Shown one piece after another: positions 62,136 to 64,000 of a stretch of DNA of 64,000 nt. The DNA is from Desulfovibrio sp. (GTDB lineage Bacteria; Desulfobacterota; Desulfovibrionia; Desulfovibrionales; Desulfovibrionaceae): positions 3,637 through 67,636 of the forward strand of contig JAVBOI010000017.1 of assembly GCA_031550695.1 (NCBI GenBank), in the 5' to 3' direction. The translations under genes were made by a program, and so were the position numbers. Numbering within the stretch: position 1 is the stretch's first letter; every line of letters starts with the position of its first letter. The notes under the pieces are model-generated. The model ran no database searches. It was not told the origin of the DNA and worked only from the letters and a program-made list of their open reading frames with translations.

Positions 62136-63614
62136 ATGGCCTTGATCAGTATTGCCAATCTCAGCTTCGCCCATAACGGCGGACAAATGATTTTCAACAA
62201 CGTTTCCCTGCAACTCGACACCAACTGGAAGCTCGGCCTCACAGGCCGCAACGGGCGCGGAAAAACCACCTTCCTCAAGTTGTTGCTGGGCGAATACGCT
62301 CACAGCGGCGGCATCCACGCTCCGGCCCGCATGGAGTATTTCCCCTTTGCCGTGGAAGACCCATCGCTGACGGCGCGGGAGGTGGCCCGGCGCGCGTGCG
62401 GGAATAACGGCCCGGAAGAGTGGCGCCTGGAGCGGGAAGTGTCGCTGCTGGAACTTTTGCCGGAAGCGCTGGAACGCCCGTTCAATACCTTAAGCGGAGG
62501 CGAAGGCACGAAACTTCTGCTGGCGGCCCTGTTTTTGCGCGAGGGTAATTTTCCGCTTATTGACGAGCCCACGAACCATCTCGATTTGCGGGCCCGGCAG
62601 GCGGTGGGGCGGTACTTGCGGGCCAAGAAGGGATTTATTCTGGTTTCCCACGATCGGAGCCTGCTGGACAGTTGCGTTGACCACGTGTTGTCCATCAACA
62701 AGGCGGATATCGAACTGCAACGGGGCAACTTTTCCTCCTGGCAGGAAAACCGCGCCCGGCAGGACAACTATGAGCGGGAGGAGCACAGTCGCCTGAAAAA
62801 GGAGGTCGCGCGTCTGGAGGAAAGCGCGAGCCGAAGCGCCGACTGGTCCGGGCGGGCCGAAAAGGGCAAATACGGCCAGGGGCCGGTGGATCGTGGTTTT
62901 ATCGGGCACAAGGCCGCGAAAATGATGCAGCGGGCCAAGTCCGTGGAAGCCAGGCGCCGCAGGGCCGTGGAGAAAGCCTCGCAACTGCTGGGCAACCAGG
63001 AGAATCAGGGGCCGCTGTCCATGCGTCCTCTGTCGTTTCACAGCGGGCGGCTTGCGGAATTGCGCGGCGTATCCGTGCGTTATGGCGACAATACCGTGGT
63101 GCGGGATATTTCCTTCAGCGTCATGGCCGGGGATCGCATTGCCCTGCAAGGTGGCAACGGCAGCGGCAAATCCAGCCTGCTGAAACTGCTGGCCGGACGG
63201 CCGGTTTCGTTTGCGGGCGAGGCGCATCTACCCGGAAGTCTGCGTGTTTCCTATGTTCCGCAAGACAGTTCGTTTGTGCAGGGAACGCTGAAAAGCTTCG
63301 TCCGCGAACAGGGCATTGAGGAAAGCCTTTTCCGGGCGGTGCTGCACCGCTTCGGTTTTGAGCGCCGCCAGTTTGACACGGACATGGCCGACTTCAGCGC
63401 CGGGCAGAAAAAAAAGGCCCTGCTGGCCGCCAGCCTCTGCCAGGAGGCCCACCTGTATATCTGGGACGAGCCGCTGAACTACATTGACGTGATTTCACGC
63501 ATGCAAATCGAGCAACTGATCCTGGAACACCGGCCCAGCCTGGTGCTGGTGGAACACGACCAGACCTTTTTGCAGCGCGTGGCCACGACGAGTATCGATC
63601 TGGAACAGGCGTGA
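62136..63614 (+). CDS. ABC-F ribosomal protection-like ATPase (Lsa/CplR-like)
   Basis: Two ABC domains (GRNGRGKT/LSGGE/DEPTNHLD; GGNGSGKS/FSAGQ/DEPLNYID), no TM, linker DRGFIGHKAAKMMQRAK; GGAGG RBS. Confidence 0.85.
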   Translation: MALISIANLSFAHNGGQMIFNNVSLQLDTNWKLGLTGRNGRGKTTFLKLLLGEYAHSGGIHAPARMEYFPFAVEDPSLTAREVARRACGNNGPEEWRLEREVSLLELLPEALERPFNTLSGGEGTKLLLAALFLREGNFPLIDEPTNHLDLRARQAVGRYLRAKKGFILVSHDRSLLDSCVDHVLSINKADIELQRGNFSSWQENRARQDNYEREEHSRLKKEVARLEESASRSADWSGRAEKGKYGQGPVDRGFIGHKAAKMMQRAKSVEARRRRAVEKASQLLGNQENQGPLSMRPLSFHSGRLAELRGVSVRYGDNTVVRDISFSVMAGDRIALQGGNGSGKSSLLKLLAGRPVSFAGEAHLPGSLRVSYVPQDSSFVQGTLKSFVREQGIEESLFRAVLHRFGFERRQFDTDMADFSAGQKKKALLAASLCQEAHLYIWDEPLNYIDVISRMQIEQLILEHRPSLVLVEHDQTFLQRVATTSIDLEQA

Positions 63615-63771
63615 GGGAGCAGAGGCGGATCGGGGCGGCATAGGGCAGGGCGGCGATGGGCGTGGTGCCGGGGTTGGCCCTGGTGGTGAGCGCAATGCCC
63701 GGGGCCATGATAAAGATGCTGATGAAGAACAGCAGACAGCGCAGGGCGTAGCGGTTGCGTGTCTGGGGCAT
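63615..63771 (-). pseudogene. Truncated YczE/YitT-like membrane protein remnant
   Basis: MPQTRNRYALRCLLFFISIFIMAPGIALTTRANPGTTPIAALPY resembles the YczE N-terminus; similarity stops near the ABC-F stop codon. Confidence 0.55.
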
Positions 63772-64000
63772 TGCTATTGCGTTTCGATTTCGGATGCCGT
63801 TGACGGCCGGGCGTATGCCCCGCCAAAAAGAACGCGCCATCTCTTCGCATGCGAGATGAATAAAGCTCTATGATTTCACATTGTTGTCAGCGCGCGGGCG
63901 CTATGGACCCTCCCGGAAAAAGTATGTAAAAAACTGTATCCATGTCCGAAAACAGCGAGCGAATGCGAGAAAAAGAGTTACTATGGGGCAAAAGGAGGCG

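Noticed and set aside
63942-64000. Possible gene start at the window end (MSENSERMREKELLWGKRR)
   Set aside because: Too short to support; the terminal AGGAGG may instead be the RBS of a gene beyond the window.

Overview
A 64-kb stretch of high-GC bacterial chromosome. Gene content and order (pta-ackA, potABCD, fliJ, psd-pssA, coaX-eno-folD-tRNA-Val-thrS-infC-rpmI-rplT-pheS-pheT, cdsA-dxr-rseP-tsaB) and protein style suggest a Desulfovibrionaceae-like organism; this assignment is an inference. It is mostly housekeeping DNA. I see no CRISPR array, prophage, transposase or rRNA. Notable items: (1) a lipoprotein homologous to Pseudomonas-type trehalose synthase that appears to lack catalytic residues; (2) a head-to-head pair of paralogous Cys-containing secreted proteins, each with its own sigma54 promoter, next to a sigma54-driven DUF2207 operon; (3) a GT10 fucosyltransferase-like gene between pheS and pheT; (4) a secreted GH74-like beta-propeller with both putative catalytic Asp, in an operon with a methyltransferase; (5) an Lsa/CplR-like ABC-F gene with an attenuator-like leader, abutting a truncated YczE remnant; (6) a small papain/Josephin-like protein; (7) several families of short repeats, including TA-ended MITE-like elements that begin at stop codons, and long perfect hairpins. 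Family assignments come from motif recognition and memory, not database searches.
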